A stretch of 64,000 nt of DNA from Octopus vulgaris (lineage: Eukaryota). The stretch's first letter is position 1, and each line of letters opens with the position of its first letter. A model generated the notes under the pieces. It had not been told where the DNA came from, made no database searches, and was given only the letters and a program-made list of their open reading frames with translations. Both the position numbers and the translations under genes were made by a program. The stretch is from assembly GCA_951406725.2 (NCBI GenBank), contig OX597817.1, positions 17,670,001-17,734,000 of the forward strand. Reading direction: 5' to 3'. Positions 26,701-39,756 of the stretch are shown here, piece after piece.

Positions 26701-29511
26701 GATCTTTCCTTGCACAGTGTTTGTGTGTGTGTGTGTGTTTATGTACATGTCTTCAAGAGTTTGAATTTGTGGGGAGAGAGAAAGACAGAAAAATAAGATT
26801 TTCAGCACAAGTTCAGATTTGCTGAAATGACAGATAGGTATGAAATACAGTATTCTAAACGAAAACATATTGCAACAAATTAATGCACAGAATGTATTAT
26901 CAGAAATTTCTGCACAGCAGCACAAATGGTCAGTATCCAAATCTATGGAGGATAGTATAGAGTGACAAGAATGATTTAAAATCGTTTCGACCTTGTTACT
27001 GAAGTGAAATACAAAAACTACTATTTGGATTTGGCTATATTATGCCTTTACAGTGTAATGGGGACAATATGTTGATTGAAGTAAGGTATCTTGAAAATTA
27101 GAAGCATCAAACAGCAGGGAACTATGCTTTGTAGATGCACAGGTAATTTAATATAACAAGGTCAAAGGAATCATGTTGAAATAATGAGGCTGCTGAAAGG
27201 TTGGAACTAGGAATAGTTACCAACCTAACCTGATACAGGACAACCTGCATTGGGTAGGCAAGTAAAAGATTTGAGAAAACTTCAGCTAAGTCAATACATT
27301 GAAAACAATTTTTGACACTAGGCATGCGTGCAACTTTTCATATCTTTCTAATGAATATAAAGAAAAAAAAAAATTTGTATGATAAATCTTCAATCAGATG
27401 TGTTTCAAAAATGAAATAACAGGACATTTCAAAATGAGATACAGATCTAAAGAAACAGTTGCACATTGTTGAGAAAATCTCTGAATAAAGTAGATAATAT
27501 TTTTTAAATATGTAAATCTTGAGCATTAAGAACAAGAGGGGGTCAGACTTACTGACAACTTTTTCTGAAAAACTGTATCATCAAATAATTTTGTTGAATG
27601 TCTTGCATACAAACTTTGAAAAAGCAGCCAGGTTGGGAATGAAGTTAAACAGGTTTATTTTCTATACTGCAATATTTGAAGCTTTAAAAATGATCACTGA
27701 ATAATAAATGAAAAATATCTGCCTTTATGTGCATGAATATATTATAGTTAGTTATCCATTCATCACTATATAGCCAGTCTTAATTAAATAAAAGCAAATA
27801 ATATGCAACTATAGTTTAAATTTAAATATTCCACTATCAGTTTGAAATAAGGACTGTCTAAATAACATATCAGATCTTTGTGTAAATGAGATGGATTTAA
27901 TAATTTTTTTTGAGTAATTTAACTGACATTAATATTTGAAATATGAAAGATTAATTAACTTATACTGGACTATTAAACAGGCCATTAAATTTGTTGAAGA
28001 GAAAGCATCAACAATAAACAGGAAAATTAAACACTGACACTCATTATTCCAGTAGATAACATCTGAAATATTAGTAAAAATATAAGATTCTGTAAAGTTT
28101 TCTTATTACTACACTAACTTTAAAAAAAAAAAAAAACTCCTTTATTTTGTACTCTAATTTCTAAATAAGAACTAAAAGTAAATTATATCAATAATTCAAT
28201 TACAATAAAGGCAGGTTAATTAATTGAAATTTTGTCTTCCAATTTAAATCTAATTAGCAATATAAAAATATATTTTAAGAAAGATAAAATAAAATTTGAT
28301 ATTGCTAATTTTTTTTTAAATGCAATAATATTAAACACTTAAGAAAATTTTTCTAGTTTTGATAGCAAAACTGGGATGTTTATTACCAACCTAGACTGCA
28401 AGTTTTCAATAAATGAAATAAAAACCCAAAACAAAGAAATAGTTTGAATTTCACTGCCAATGGCTGCCACTTTATTGCCATTACTTGTACATCTGTAAAA
28501 CAATTAGGAACATAAGGACTGAAGTTGCACATTGTTGGAGGCATAGCCTCAAATAACAGTTTCCAGTACAATGGCACAAAAAGGGTTTCCTTTTTGTCTT
28601 GTGTACAATTAAACATCAGTTTAACAATTTCTGGAATAACAGTAGCAATATTTTCACCTCTACATCATGAGACCAATGATAAATTTAATTATCACAGGTA
28701 ATGAGTAAAGGAATATAAATAATCCTGAGCAGACTGGGAGGAAACAGTGAAAACTATTTCTAGTTAATAATTCATTTAAATATTATTCTTTATTAGCCTG
28801 ATTTAATTTCACATATATATTTCTTAAATGCTTTTTTTTTTTGTCATTTTACCAAAAGTATAATTACACTGCTAAAAACTGAACTAAAAAGTAAATTAAA
28901 ACTACAGTATTACTAAATAAGTCAGATGTTATTTATTGGAAAAATCAAATACTTTTAAAAACTATTAAGAAAATATTACAAATCTTAATATAAAGGCACT
29001 CCATGATCAAAATGCTTACGAAAAGACATTTACTCTAAATTACTCAAAAAATATTCTAAATACATAAACTCAATTAGTAGCATTCACATGTTAAAAAAGT
29101 TACAGAAACAACTTATTTAGCAGAATTATTTACTAAGTTGCTAATTTTTTAACTTGTGTATTTTGGGGGAAGATGAAAGGGAATGAAGTGTCAGAAAGAT
29201 ATGGGTGAGGGAGAGAAAGTGAAAAAAAAAAAAAGATTTAACCCAAACTATAAAAACCTTACGCTTAAAAGATCCCAGAGCAAACAAAGCAAAATAAATA
29301 AAAGGGAGGGAGGGGGGAGTTTAATGAAAAAATATGAGGTACACATGTTCTAAGATATACGATACTATAGATGAGGAAATTAAGAAGATTTTGTTAAATA
29401 TGCTAAGAAATTAGTTAAGAATGCAACTTTTAATAACTACGTCAGAAACATTTAGAATTACATTTAAATTAAATCCCTATTATAAAATTTAAGTACTGTC
29501 TACAAAATATT

Positions 29512-29695
29512 TTAACCTTTTGGTGTTTAAAACAGCCATAGCTAGCTCAAATATTCCAAACGTTTTACATTTAAACTGACCACATCTAGTCTCTCACATA
29601 ACCTACATTGACACCTCAAAGCTAGAAGATTGATGCAAAACAATTTTGAGTGAAAAAGCATATTTAACAGAGCAATCTGAAGACTAAAGGGTTAA
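29512..29695. mobile_element. TTAA-flanked MITE, degraded
   Basis: TTAACCTTTTGG...CTAAAGGGTTAA; internal similarity to the 19063 copy. Confidence 0.7.
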
Positions 29696-30044
29696 ACTAG
29701 AAAACAGTAACGTTTGAGAAAATGACAAATGTGTAACGAAAGCAAGACTACAAGGTAACAAAAGAAGAAAAAAAAACACCCAGTTTAAAACAACCTGATA
29801 GTAAACAGCAAAACTAGATAACAATATTATCCTTAGTAAACAGATTGTGAGTTAAACACCTGTTGAAAATATAATTGAAGGATTACAATTTTTTATAACC
29901 TATCTATCTTATAGTGTGTCCTCTTAATTCACTGTAATGATTTATTTTTATAAATTGCATTCTTCATAAGACACTCGAAAAAGTTTTTTTTATGCTTGTT
30001 ATAAAAAATATCAATTCAGAGAAACCTATTGAAATGAACCATTT

Positions 30045-30083
<39 letters not shown>

Positions 30084-31011
30084 GGTAAAATAAGGGTGAC
30101 TAATCAACTTAATATTTCAAAAAAATTGAAACATTTGAATATAATTTTTTTTACAAATTCATCAATATTTTAATTATACTTAGTTGATTTAAAGATCTGA
30201 AAAATCTGTTTACCCAAACCAGTCCACTTCAAGACTATAGAGACTATAAATCAAAGCATTTGAGGCAAATCAGGACCTCACTGCTGTTATTCAAGAATTG
30301 TTGAACAAGAGTAACAAAAATGTATTAAAACCAACTTACATTTGTTCTCAGATGTATGATATAAACAAATCTGATACCATAAAACAATTAAAATGGAATG
30401 ATGAAGAGACAAAAAAGATGAGGACAATGATGGAGGGAGAATTTTTACCAAATGTCAAAATATATTACAATTAAATGAATGTGAAGGGGGTGGGGGCGGG
30501 GAAATGACAAAAATATGTATGTGAGTGTATATATATCTTTAAACACATACATTCTCTCTGCAACATATATGCGTACAATGTAACTAACTGAAAATGACCA
30601 AAGTAATGGAAGAGTGCAGGTAGAGAGATCTAATAAGTTATATATAGAGGGAAATCATTTTTTTTCTCCATTTGGTCTATATAAACTTTCTTTTTCTTTC
30701 TTTTAGACAATTTATACAAATGTGAGGAGAGGGAAATGTAATTTAAAATAATTGTAGATACATGTTGTATGGAATAACCAAGTGATGATAAGCCAGAATT
30801 GCAAGTATGTAGACATCTAAACAAGATAAGTATCTTGAATTTAAAAAACATTCTATTAAACTAAGTTTTGCAAAAAAGAGAAATTGCAAGTTTCTGTGCT
30901 TAAATGGAATATCTATGTATATACAAAGTCCAGCCATCAAGTCGAAACAACATGCAGCTTAAACAGTTCAAGGCAATGTTGAAGTCTGTACAGTGTGGTC
31001 ACAGACAGCAT

Positions 31012-31208
31012 TCAGAAGTGTGAGGGAGGAGATGGCGTGCCAATAGGAATAACATATGGACTCACACACCCTGAAGAATTACTGGTTTGTGATGTACTTG
31101 GAGTTCGTGATGGAGTAACATGCTGTGTGAGATCTTCCTCGTCAGATGAGGAATCCATAGTCAAATCAATCACATCTTGCTGTGGACTTGCTTTTTTCTC
31201 AGGTGATC
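31012..31208 (-). CDS. PIAS: PIAS exon with acidic SUMO-interacting motif (DVIDLTMDSSSDEED); reads through to TGA at 31012-31014 (short isoform) or uses an internal donor near 31070 (long isoform)
   Basis: ttttatttttaaaag acceptor in phase 1; VIDLT+S/acidic SIM typical of PIAS; donor GG|GTGTGT after 31070 is phase 2, matching the exon at 23731. Confidence 0.88.
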
Positions 31209-32452
31209 CTTTTAAAAATAAAATATACACAAGTTTTGGAAGCAATAACTTCAGAAAATTGAATTATTTAGAAAAATAAGATTTCAAGAACATACTTTTG
31301 ATTTTGTATAAAAGGCATTGGGGGCCGTTCTCAGCCTCCTATTCTAAAGAAGTTAATACATTCAGCATACATGACTTTCCAAAATTAAGCTTTAAAATGT
31401 AGAGATAGACAAATACCTGTATTCTAAAAATAGTCATTAAAATGATTTTTAGGTAAGATGTTATTCTATTTCTTTTAGTCAATGCAACAAACATATTTCC
31501 AATATGCCATCATTTTAATGTCCTCTTTTCATCATCACCATCATCATTTAGCATCTGCTTTCCATGCTAGCATGGGTTGGATGGTTCAACTGGGGTCTGG
31601 GAAGCCAGAAGGCTGCACCAGGCCCAGTCTGATCTGGCAATGTTTTCATGCTTGCATTATTTTCTATGGCCAGATGTCCTTCCTATAGTCACCCCTCACC
31701 TGTTTCCAAGCTAGGTAATAGTTCTCCTTGGCCAGACATGTTTTAACAGAATACTAGAAATGAATAGCACTCCTCTAGCGACAATGCATCTGATTTATAA
31801 CCCCATATGATATTGAAACAAGGGAACACAAACAACCCCACACGATGGTCTTATTTCAGCTTCCATCTATTAATAAACCCCCATCCAAGCTATAACAGAA
31901 GACATTTGCCCAAGATAACATGCAGTGGGGGGCTGAAACCAATCAATGTTATCTGGAAACCTCTTCAGTTCTCTACACATCAGTACTAATGCTGTAGCTG
32001 CCGGACTTGGAGAAAAATAATAATGGCTTTAAGAAAATATACCCAGAGATATTCACATACCTCTACAATGAGATGACCATGCAATATTCATCTCAAACAC
32101 CAGTTGTTAAACACTTCCAAGAAATAACTAATTCAGCTCAAGTGACCAAGTTTTATATTTGGATAGAATTGATTGAAGTTGCTTTGAGACTTGACTATGT
32201 AGGAGTTTATGTGCCTTATAATCTGAATTCTTGATTAACAGGTTGGTAGGAAAAAAGAATCCCAGTAAACAATTTTATTCTTTGGCTACTGAGTATCCTT
32301 ACCTGTGATAACTTGTTTATTCACACACAAAACCAAAGGACAAGCCTTTTACTTTCTCTTGAGAACAGAGTAATGGTTAGCAAAGAATCCAGTCAAAATC
32401 ACCACACACCCACCCACCCACCAAAACTGAAGGCAAATCGTTTTCATTTTAC

Positions 32453-32592
32453 CTGGTATTGATGAGCTTTTAATAACTGGGCTGCTGATAAGTAATGTTT
32501 CTTTTACAGCCTTCAAAGGACTCCAAGAACCATCTTCACCAAATTGAATTTCTGTACAACCAGCAGACTGTTGAAGAATTTCCACAAATAAT
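32453..32592 (-). CDS. PIAS: PIAS exon (LFVEILQQSAGCTEIQFGEDGSWSPLKAVKETLLISSPVIKSSSIP)
   Basis: tttctctctttcag acceptor, G|GTAAAA donor; LF.EIL....C.EIQF.EDGSW.P motif; phase 2/1. Confidence 0.94.
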
Positions 32593-32840
32593 CTGAAAGA
32601 GAGAAATGATCACTATGATATTGACCATCTAACTCATAACTGAGAAAAACACACTAACCTCGACTCATATTGGAACAATGCAGGCTCACCTCTCAAACAT
32701 TGTGATTTTTTCAAGTCAATATCAGATTGTTTCAAATCTAAAACAATCTAGGGAGATTGAAAGTAAGATAATTTTACACAAACTATATTTATTAGCTTCA
32801 AATTACTTTGAATTATAATATAAGCTGTTAATATATTTAC

Positions 32841-33001
32841 CCGTCAATAATAAGTTTATCAAATGCTGCAGATTTATCACAGACAGGGCAGATCCATGTA
32901 GGTTTCTTCTCATTCATCATAAGAAATGTGAAAGCATCAAAACACTGTAAATGTGTACATGTACTGCAACGACAGGGAATCTGAAGACGCATTTTTCCAA
33001 G
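32841..33001 (-). CDS. PIAS: PIAS exon, SP-RING/zf-MIZ ([54 protein letters not shown])
   Basis: attttacag acceptor, GG|GTAAAT donor; C..HLQCFDA...[14 protein letters not shown] signature; phase 0/2. Confidence 0.97.
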
Positions 33002-33329
33002 CTGTAAAATAAATAAATACACAAATCTGATAAAACCCTTTTAATGACAAATTCCTTAAAAGCAAACAACAAATTTGTTGATTACATTAACATCACATGA
33101 TAGTTGTTAACAAACACGACCATCATGCAGTGTCTGTCCATGGAGAACTATCACCTTACTTGGAAACAGGTGAGGGTTGCTGACAGGAAGGGTATCCAAG
33201 CCATTGAAAATCTGATGGCATTAATGAATTTTGTCTGACCCATGTGAGCATAGAAAAGTAGATGCTAAAATAATGATGAAGCAAATTTTAATTAAATGAT
33301 AGATCAATTAATAGTTTTATGTGCAATGT

Positions 33330-33741
33330 AGCGCAGGAGTGGCTGTGTGGTAAGTAGCTTGCTAACCAACCACATGGTTCCGGGTTCAGTCCCACTGCGT
33401 GGCATCTTGGGCAAGTGTCTTCTGCTATAGCCCCAGGCTGACCAATGCCTTGTGAGTGGATTTGGTAGACAGAAACTGAAAGAAGCCTGTCGTATATATG
33501 TATATATATATATAAGTGTGTGTGTATATGTTTGTGTGTCTGTGTTTGTCCCCCTAGCATTGCTTGACAACCGATGCTGGTGTGTTTACGTCCCTGTCAC
33601 TTAGCGGTTCGGCAAAAGAGACCGAAAGAATAAGTACTGGGCTTACAAAGAATAAGTCCCGGGGTCGATTTGCTCGACTAAAGGTGGTGCTCCAGCATGG
33701 CCGCAGTCAAATGACTGAAACAAGTAAAAGAGTAAAAGAGT
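33330..33741 (+). mobile_element. SINE family A (PIAS intron, antisense)
   Basis: Full head-to-tail match to the family. Confidence 0.9.
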
Positions 33742-33905
33742 ATTCTTTAAAAAAATATCTTCATTAAATAGGGAACCTTAAAAAAACAATAAACATTTAG
33801 CAATAACCAAGAAAGTTAACCATAGAGTATGAACCAATTGAAAAACCACCTAAAGATGATCATATAAACAAAGAAAATTAAAAGGAAAATATATATAATA
33901 CTCAC

Positions 33906-33979
33906 TGGACACATCAATGATACTCTAAGGCTAGTAGTTGCAATTTCACTGTCTGGATCATGTTGTAATTTTTCTTTAA
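33906..33979 (-). CDS. PIAS: PIAS exon (IKEKLQHDPDSEIATTSLRVSLMCP), start of SP-RING
   Basis: TAG acceptor, GTGAGT donor; near-invariant PIAS peptide DPDSEIATTSLRVSL.CP; phase 1/0. Confidence 0.96.
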
Positions 33980-34212
33980 CTATAGTTCAAGAAATAATTA
34001 TGATGAAAACATTTTAGTTGAATTTATTCATACTTCACATTAGCACTTACAGAAAGTTTCCACTAACAATATTATTGTACATAATGATCTTAAAATTAGT
34101 ATTAGGTTTCTGTAAATGCTGTTCAAGTTACTCCAACTTTTAACTTTTAATTTTAAAATATAAAAAATTTATTAACTAAAAATCATATTTACAAAAGTAA
34201 AAATATACTCAC

Positions 34213-34318
34213 TCAAAGCTCTGGAATGATCTGGATGGCGGTTACCAAACTGTTTTAATCTTTGTAGTAGAATGTCAGAGGTAAGCTTTTTCACCAAGTA
34301 AACTGCAACACAGTAACC
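34213..34318 (-). CDS. PIAS: PIAS exon (GYCVAVYLVKKLTSDILLQRLKQFGNRHPDHSRAL)
   Basis: tttctgtcccag acceptor, GTGAGT donor; VYLV..LTS..LLQRL....R.PDHSRAL motif; phase 0/1. Confidence 0.95.
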
Positions 34319-34432
34319 CTGGGACAGAAAAGGAACGACACTGAACATTTCAATATCAGCATGTTAAAATACCACATAGTTATGGTTCAAAATCTGAAGT
34401 GAAACAAGATAAATGCAACAAGAATACTTTCT

Positions 34433-34813
34433 AGGCGCAGGAGTGGCTGTGTGGTAAGTAGCTTGCTAACCAACCACATAGTTCCGGGTTCAGTCCCACT
34501 GCATTGCATCTTGGGCAAGTGTCTTCTGCTATAGCCCTGGGCCGACCAATGCCTTGTGAGTGGATTTGGTAGACGGAAACTGAAAGAAGCCTGTCATATA
34601 TGTGTATATATATATATATGTGTATGTGTGTGTGTGTGTGCTTGACGACCGATGCCGGTGTGTTTATGTCCCCGTAACTTAGCGGTTCGGCAAAAGAGAC
34701 CGATAGAATAAGTACTGGGCTTACAAAGAATAAGTCCCGGGGTCGAGCTGCTTGATTAAAGGCAGTGCTCCAGCATGGCCACAGTCAAATGACTGAAACA
34801 AGTAAAAGAGTAA
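34433..34813 (+). mobile_element. SINE family A, tail ~14 bp from a PIAS exon/donor junction
   Basis: Full match to the family; abuts the exon ending at 34828. Confidence 0.9.
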
Positions 34814-34827
34814 AAAACAGTACAAAC

Positions 34828-34962
34828 CCGTCCAAACTCTGAAGCCCATGACACGTCAACATGATTGGGCACTGTTGGTGACAACCGGCATAAAGCTGTG
34901 ATGTCAACTGGACGTCCTGGACGTTTGGGCTCCACACCAGGTTTAGTTGTTGGTATTGGATT
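34828..34962 (-). CDS. PIAS: PIAS exon with PINIT-motif equivalent PVDIT (NPIPTTKPGVEPKRPGRPVDITALCRLSPTVPNHVDVSWASEFGR)
   Basis: ttttcag acceptor, GTTTGT donor; GVEPKRP.RP..IT...RLS.TVPN motif; phase 0/0. Confidence 0.95.
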
Positions 34963-35120
34963 CTGAAAATGAAATAATTTTTTGTTACAATAACCCAATA
35001 AATAAAGGACACTAAAAAAATATACACTATAAAAGACAAAATCAAGAAAAAACATTTGTCATTGATATGCAAAATCTAAATACTTTATAAAAAATTCCAC
35101 AATAAATATTGTTCACTTAC

Positions 35121-35211
35121 TGGCAATGTCGCGAGTTTCCCATTCACTCTCACACATATACTTGGAGGGAAGTTGTCATCTTGTTCGCAGCTTGTTTCCA
35201 AAAGGCAAAAT
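35121..35211 (-). CDS. PIAS: PIAS exon, PINIT domain (FCLLETSCEQDDNFPPSICVRVNGKLATLP)
   Basis: tttttatag acceptor, GTAAGT donor; CL.ETSC.Q.D.FP...CV.VN motif; phase 2/0. Confidence 0.95.
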
Positions 35212-35350
35212 CTATAAAAATATAAGTGTGTCACTCAGTACTAAACACTCAAAATATTAACACACTGAATATTTGAGCTGATAAAACAACAAAGCAAAAT
35301 TGAAATATTTTTGTACATGGAACAATAAAGGCCTTAAAATAATTACTCAC

Positions 35351-35401
35351 CTCAACTGCACTTGTGTTGTGTATTCACATTTAGCACCAGGTCTAAAATC
35401 T
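35351..35401 (-). CDS. PIAS: PIAS exon, PINIT domain (DFRPGAKCEYTTQVQLR)
   Basis: ttttttccag acceptor, AG|GTGAGT donor; QVQLR motif; phase 2/2. Confidence 0.93.
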
Positions 35402-36346
35402 CTGGAAAAAAATAGAAAATAATTGAGAGATTTAAAAAAAATACATCTACTTTACTGTTCAATATGCACATGATATACACAACACACATATGTAATCTGT
35501 ATCAGAGATGCATACATCTAAACATAAACACAAACATTACGTCCACAGTCTTATGGTTGCTTTCCATGTTAATATATGTACAGATTTGTAAATACATATT
35601 TAAGTGAAAAAAACCATTGGTAGGGGAAAATGTAGACAAATAAGATGGCTGGATTTAAAAAATAAAGAAAGCCCAATGAAACTAGTGTGTTTTAGTGAAG
35701 GCTGCAGACTATCAAGTTCAAAAGGAAAAAAAACCCTTGTTATAGTAGACATCTTTGGTTTAATGCAAAATATGTAAGTGGGAGGAGAGCTGTCCCTAGA
35801 TGTGTGGATAATACTCTTAACATTTCTATTGAATTTTAAAAAATTTTTTAATCACCTGAAAAAGGGGAATATTTGATTTTGAATATGCATTTAATGGTTC
35901 CAACCATGCTAACTTTCTTTTGAACAGAAATGAAAATATAGCTTAGTTGATTGTCAATTCTTGCTGGAGGAGACAATCCTGGCATGATTAGATATCATAA
36001 TTGCAAACTGAAATATATAATTTTTTAAATTAACTAATTTGCTGTTTTAGTCATCTCCATTACACAATACAATACAACTATGGAAGATAAACACTAGTAG
36101 TAAACAAGAAAATGGATATACAATTGGTATTGAGTTGACGACAACTGTCATTCTTGATGCCATATTTAATATTCTGTTACCATCAAACCTTCCCAAAACA
36201 AGCTATTCATAATTAAATGAGAATTTCAACAAGAATTTCGCTACTATATGTGTAGAAAACACAGCTTCAATAGATAAACTGCTTAACAGTTTAAGATAAT
36301 TGTACTCTCCAAGTTTTCAATATTTTTTTTTCCACACACTAACAAA

Positions 36347-36737
36347 AGGCACAGGAGTGGCTGTGTGGTAAGTAGCTTGCTAACCAACCACATGGTTCCG
36401 GGTTCAGTCCCACTGCATGGCATCTTGGGCAAGTGTCTTCTGTTATAGCCCCGGGCCGACCAATACCTTGTGAGTGGATTTGGTAGACGGAAACTGAAAG
36501 AAGCCTGTCGTATATATGTATGTGTGTGTGTGTTTGTGTGTCTGTCTCCCTAGCATTGCTTGACAACCGATGCTGGTGTGTTTACGTCCCCGTCACTTAG
36601 CGGTTCGGCAAAAGAGACCGATAGAATAAGTACTGGGCTTACAAAGAATAAGTCCCGGGGTCGATTTGCTCGACTAAAGGCGGTGCTCCAGCATGGCCGC
36701 AGTCAAATGACTGAAACAAGTAAAAGAGTAAAGAGTA
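36347..36737 (+). mobile_element. SINE family A
   Basis: Full match to the family. Confidence 0.9.
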
Positions 36738-37090
36738 ACTACATTATCTGTTATATTTTATGAGTGAAAGAATAAATGTATACAAATTCACATTCACAAA
36801 TAGTCAAAATCAAATGAAATATGCATAACCACGCACAGAAAAGAGAATTAGATATCTAACTTCTAACTCTGACAAAAGTTCTAATAATGAAGATGGCAGA
36901 TCTGAGTTTCTACTAGAAACAAAATGGAGTAGGAATTTAAAAAGTATTTATCTTAAAAAGATTTTTGTTCAGAAGAAGCAGAAGTCTCTCAGGCTTTCCA
37001 CTAAGCTAAAAAAAATCAACTGCTTCTTTTTATCTCTTCAACTGTTCGAAACAATAACAGCAGAAACAAACTTTAACACAATATAAATAA

Positions 37091-37253
37091 AGGCGCAGGA
37101 GTGGCTGTGTGGTAAGTAGCTTGTTTACCAACCACATGGTACCGGGTTCAGCCCTACTGCGTGGCACCTTGGGCAAGTGTCTTCTACTATAGCCTCGGGC
37201 CAACCAAAGCCTTGTGAGTGGATTTGGTAGACGGAAACTGAATGAAGCCCGTC

Positions 37254-37295
<42 letters not shown>

Positions 37296-38021
37296 TAGCA
37301 GTATCGCCCGGCGTTGCTCGGGTTTGTAAGGGAAATAACTATATAAGCATTTTTAGAGAGTTACTTCCCTTATAAATTCGGGCTTTCTTAGCCATTTTTG
37401 TTTTGGTGTCTTCAAGCCATGAAGTCGTTCTAAAAGAACGCTGGTTTCCTTCACAACGCATTACGACGTTGATTTCTTTACACTCCCTTCCCCACAGCTT
37501 CACGAGGGAGGGAAGGGGGAGAAGCAAACAGGTGCAGCTGTGAGCGTGGACGCCAACTCCGCCGCCATCGACATACGATGCATTTTATGCATTAAAATGG
37601 AATAAAAAATGACGTTAAATTATTTTTAAAATCGTAGACTCATCGTTGACGCGCGCTAATAGTCAGACGGGCTCGATATGAATCACGACTATAAGATACC
37701 CGAATTTGGTTAAACTGCACCGCAAAATGTGGGAGGAGTTAGGAATCTAAATCGAAGGGGACAGACACTCACACAACTAGAGTTTTATATATATAGATAT
37801 GTATGTGTGTGTGTTTGTGTGTCTGGGTTTGTCCCCCTAGCATTGCTTGACAACCGATGCTGGTGTGTTTATGTCCCCGTTACTTAGCGGTTCGGCAAAA
37901 TAGACCGATAGAATAAGTACTGGGCTTACAAAAGAATAAGTCCTGGGATCGAGTTGTTCGATTAAAGGCGGTGCTCCAGCATGGCCGCAGTTAAATGACT
38001 GAAACAAGTAAAAGAGTAAAG
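37091..38021 (+). mobile_element. SINE family A split by a Helitron inserted in its (TA)n
   Basis: Head 37091-37294, tail 37798-38021. Confidence 0.88.
37295..37797 (-). mobile_element. Non-autonomous Helitron (same family)
   Basis: 5'-TCTATATATATAAAAC...CCCGAGCAACGCCGGG hairpin, CGATACTGCTAG-3'; A|T target site. Confidence 0.85.
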
Positions 38022-38554
38022 AAAAAATTACAGTTTATGGTCTCCTACATGCCTGGAGGAAATGAGAGCCTTTTTATTTTTTGCTATAAACATAAGAGGA
38101 ATTAGAAAGCTACTCAGGATTACAAACTACTGAAGTATAGCTGAACCTTTCAGTAACTAGCATGTTTCTAACATTATGATGCAGTCAGTTTTTCAAATTA
38201 TGTCAATACTTGCACATGCAAGACACTGGTAGTACACCAATGTGGGGGAGAAAATTATGGTCCTTCATTACATGTAGTAAAATAGTAGCTAATAGCCCAT
38301 AGTGATGTTTAGACAAAATTTAAATAATTTTATATTTTGCTGGATTTACCTGTAATTAGATCAACTTTGAGAAAAATTGTCAAATTTAATATCAATAAAT
38401 CATAAGGCTGTAACTAAAACAGGATTGGGGAGTGAAAAATATAGTAACAAAAGGGTTAAATGACTTATAGATTTTATGAACAGCATGTTAAGGGGTGTGT
38501 ATAACTCAAAATATTTGATGAATTTTCTCACCAATGCAAGCATTCATGCACATA

Positions 38555-38625
<71 letters not shown>

Positions 38626-38631
<6 letters not shown>

Positions 38632-38856
38632 TAAAAAGCACCATCCATCCGTGGCCGTTTGCTAGCTCCGTCTGGCACGTAAAAAGCACCCACTACACTC
38701 ATGGAGTGGTTGGCATTAGGAAGGGCATCCAGCCGTAGAAACACTGCCAGGTCAGACTGGGCCTGATGCAGCCTTCTGGCTTCACAGACCCCAGTTGAAC
38801 CGTCCAACCCATGCTAGCATAGAAAGCAGACGCTAAATGATGATGATGATGATGAT
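38626..38856 (+). mobile_element. RTE-type 3' tail element
   Basis: GGCACGTAAAAAGCACCCACTACACTC...GGAAGGGCATCCAGCCG...(TGA)n. Other copies: 39270-39545 (+); 31530-31690, 42145-42268, 42830-43152 and 48078-48297 (minus). Confidence 0.8.
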
Positions 38857-39756
38857 ATGTGTATGTAAAATGTGAGAGAGAGAGAGTGTGTGTGTGTATG
38901 CATTACTATCATGCAACTGCTTTCCACACTAATATTATATGTATGTGCACGGGGAGCAATGGTTGTGAAAGAGCTAGCAGGATAACAATGGTTCAATTTC
39001 TAATCTTGGGAGGAAGTGTCTTGTACTATAGCCCAAAGTCAACCAAAACCATGTTTCTTGTCTTGACATCATGCAGCAGTTGTCACCTTGTACAAGCAGT
39101 GTTCTTCAATTCCAGTCTTCCACGAAAACATGTCCAGCCATGGGGAAATATTACTTGGCTTGGAAACAGATTGTGGGTTGGTGACAAGAATGGCATCTGA
39201 CTACAGAAAATTTGCCTCAAAGAATTGTTTGACCTATATAAGCATGGGAAAATGGACATTAAACCAATGGAGGCAGTGACAAATGTCTGAGACCTTTATC
39301 AATATGCTGTGCTTGAGAAGACCCATCAAGTCGAGTGAAATTGCAGTCATGGCAGATACTGGTGTCATGCAACTGCCAGTGGCACGTAAAAGCACCCATT
39401 ACACTCACAGAGAGGTTGGTATTAGGAAGGGCATCCAGCCATAGAAACCATGCTAATCAGAGTGGAGTCGGATGCAGCCCCTTAGCTTTATCAACCCTGG
39501 TCAAACCCATGCCAGCATAGACAAGACATTAAATGATGATGATAATTGTGTGTGTAGCCATTGCTATGCACACATACGCAAACAGCAATACAAACACACT
39601 AACACATGTTTGCAGCAGATACACGTGACAAGAAATTACTAAAACAGCTGGCATTAGGAAAAACAACTGACTGTGAAACACTGCTTCAAGAAGTCCTTTT
39701 TAACCCAACAAGCAAGAAAAAGCCAAGACAATACACAAATACATGAACATTCTTTT

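Noticed and set aside
32297-32357. Microexon or recursive site at CAG|GTAAGG (32303/32302, minus)
   Set aside because: No polypyrimidine tract next to the AG; nearby upstream AGs give frame-shifting or stop-containing exons, and extension from exon 32453 hits a stop at 32349.
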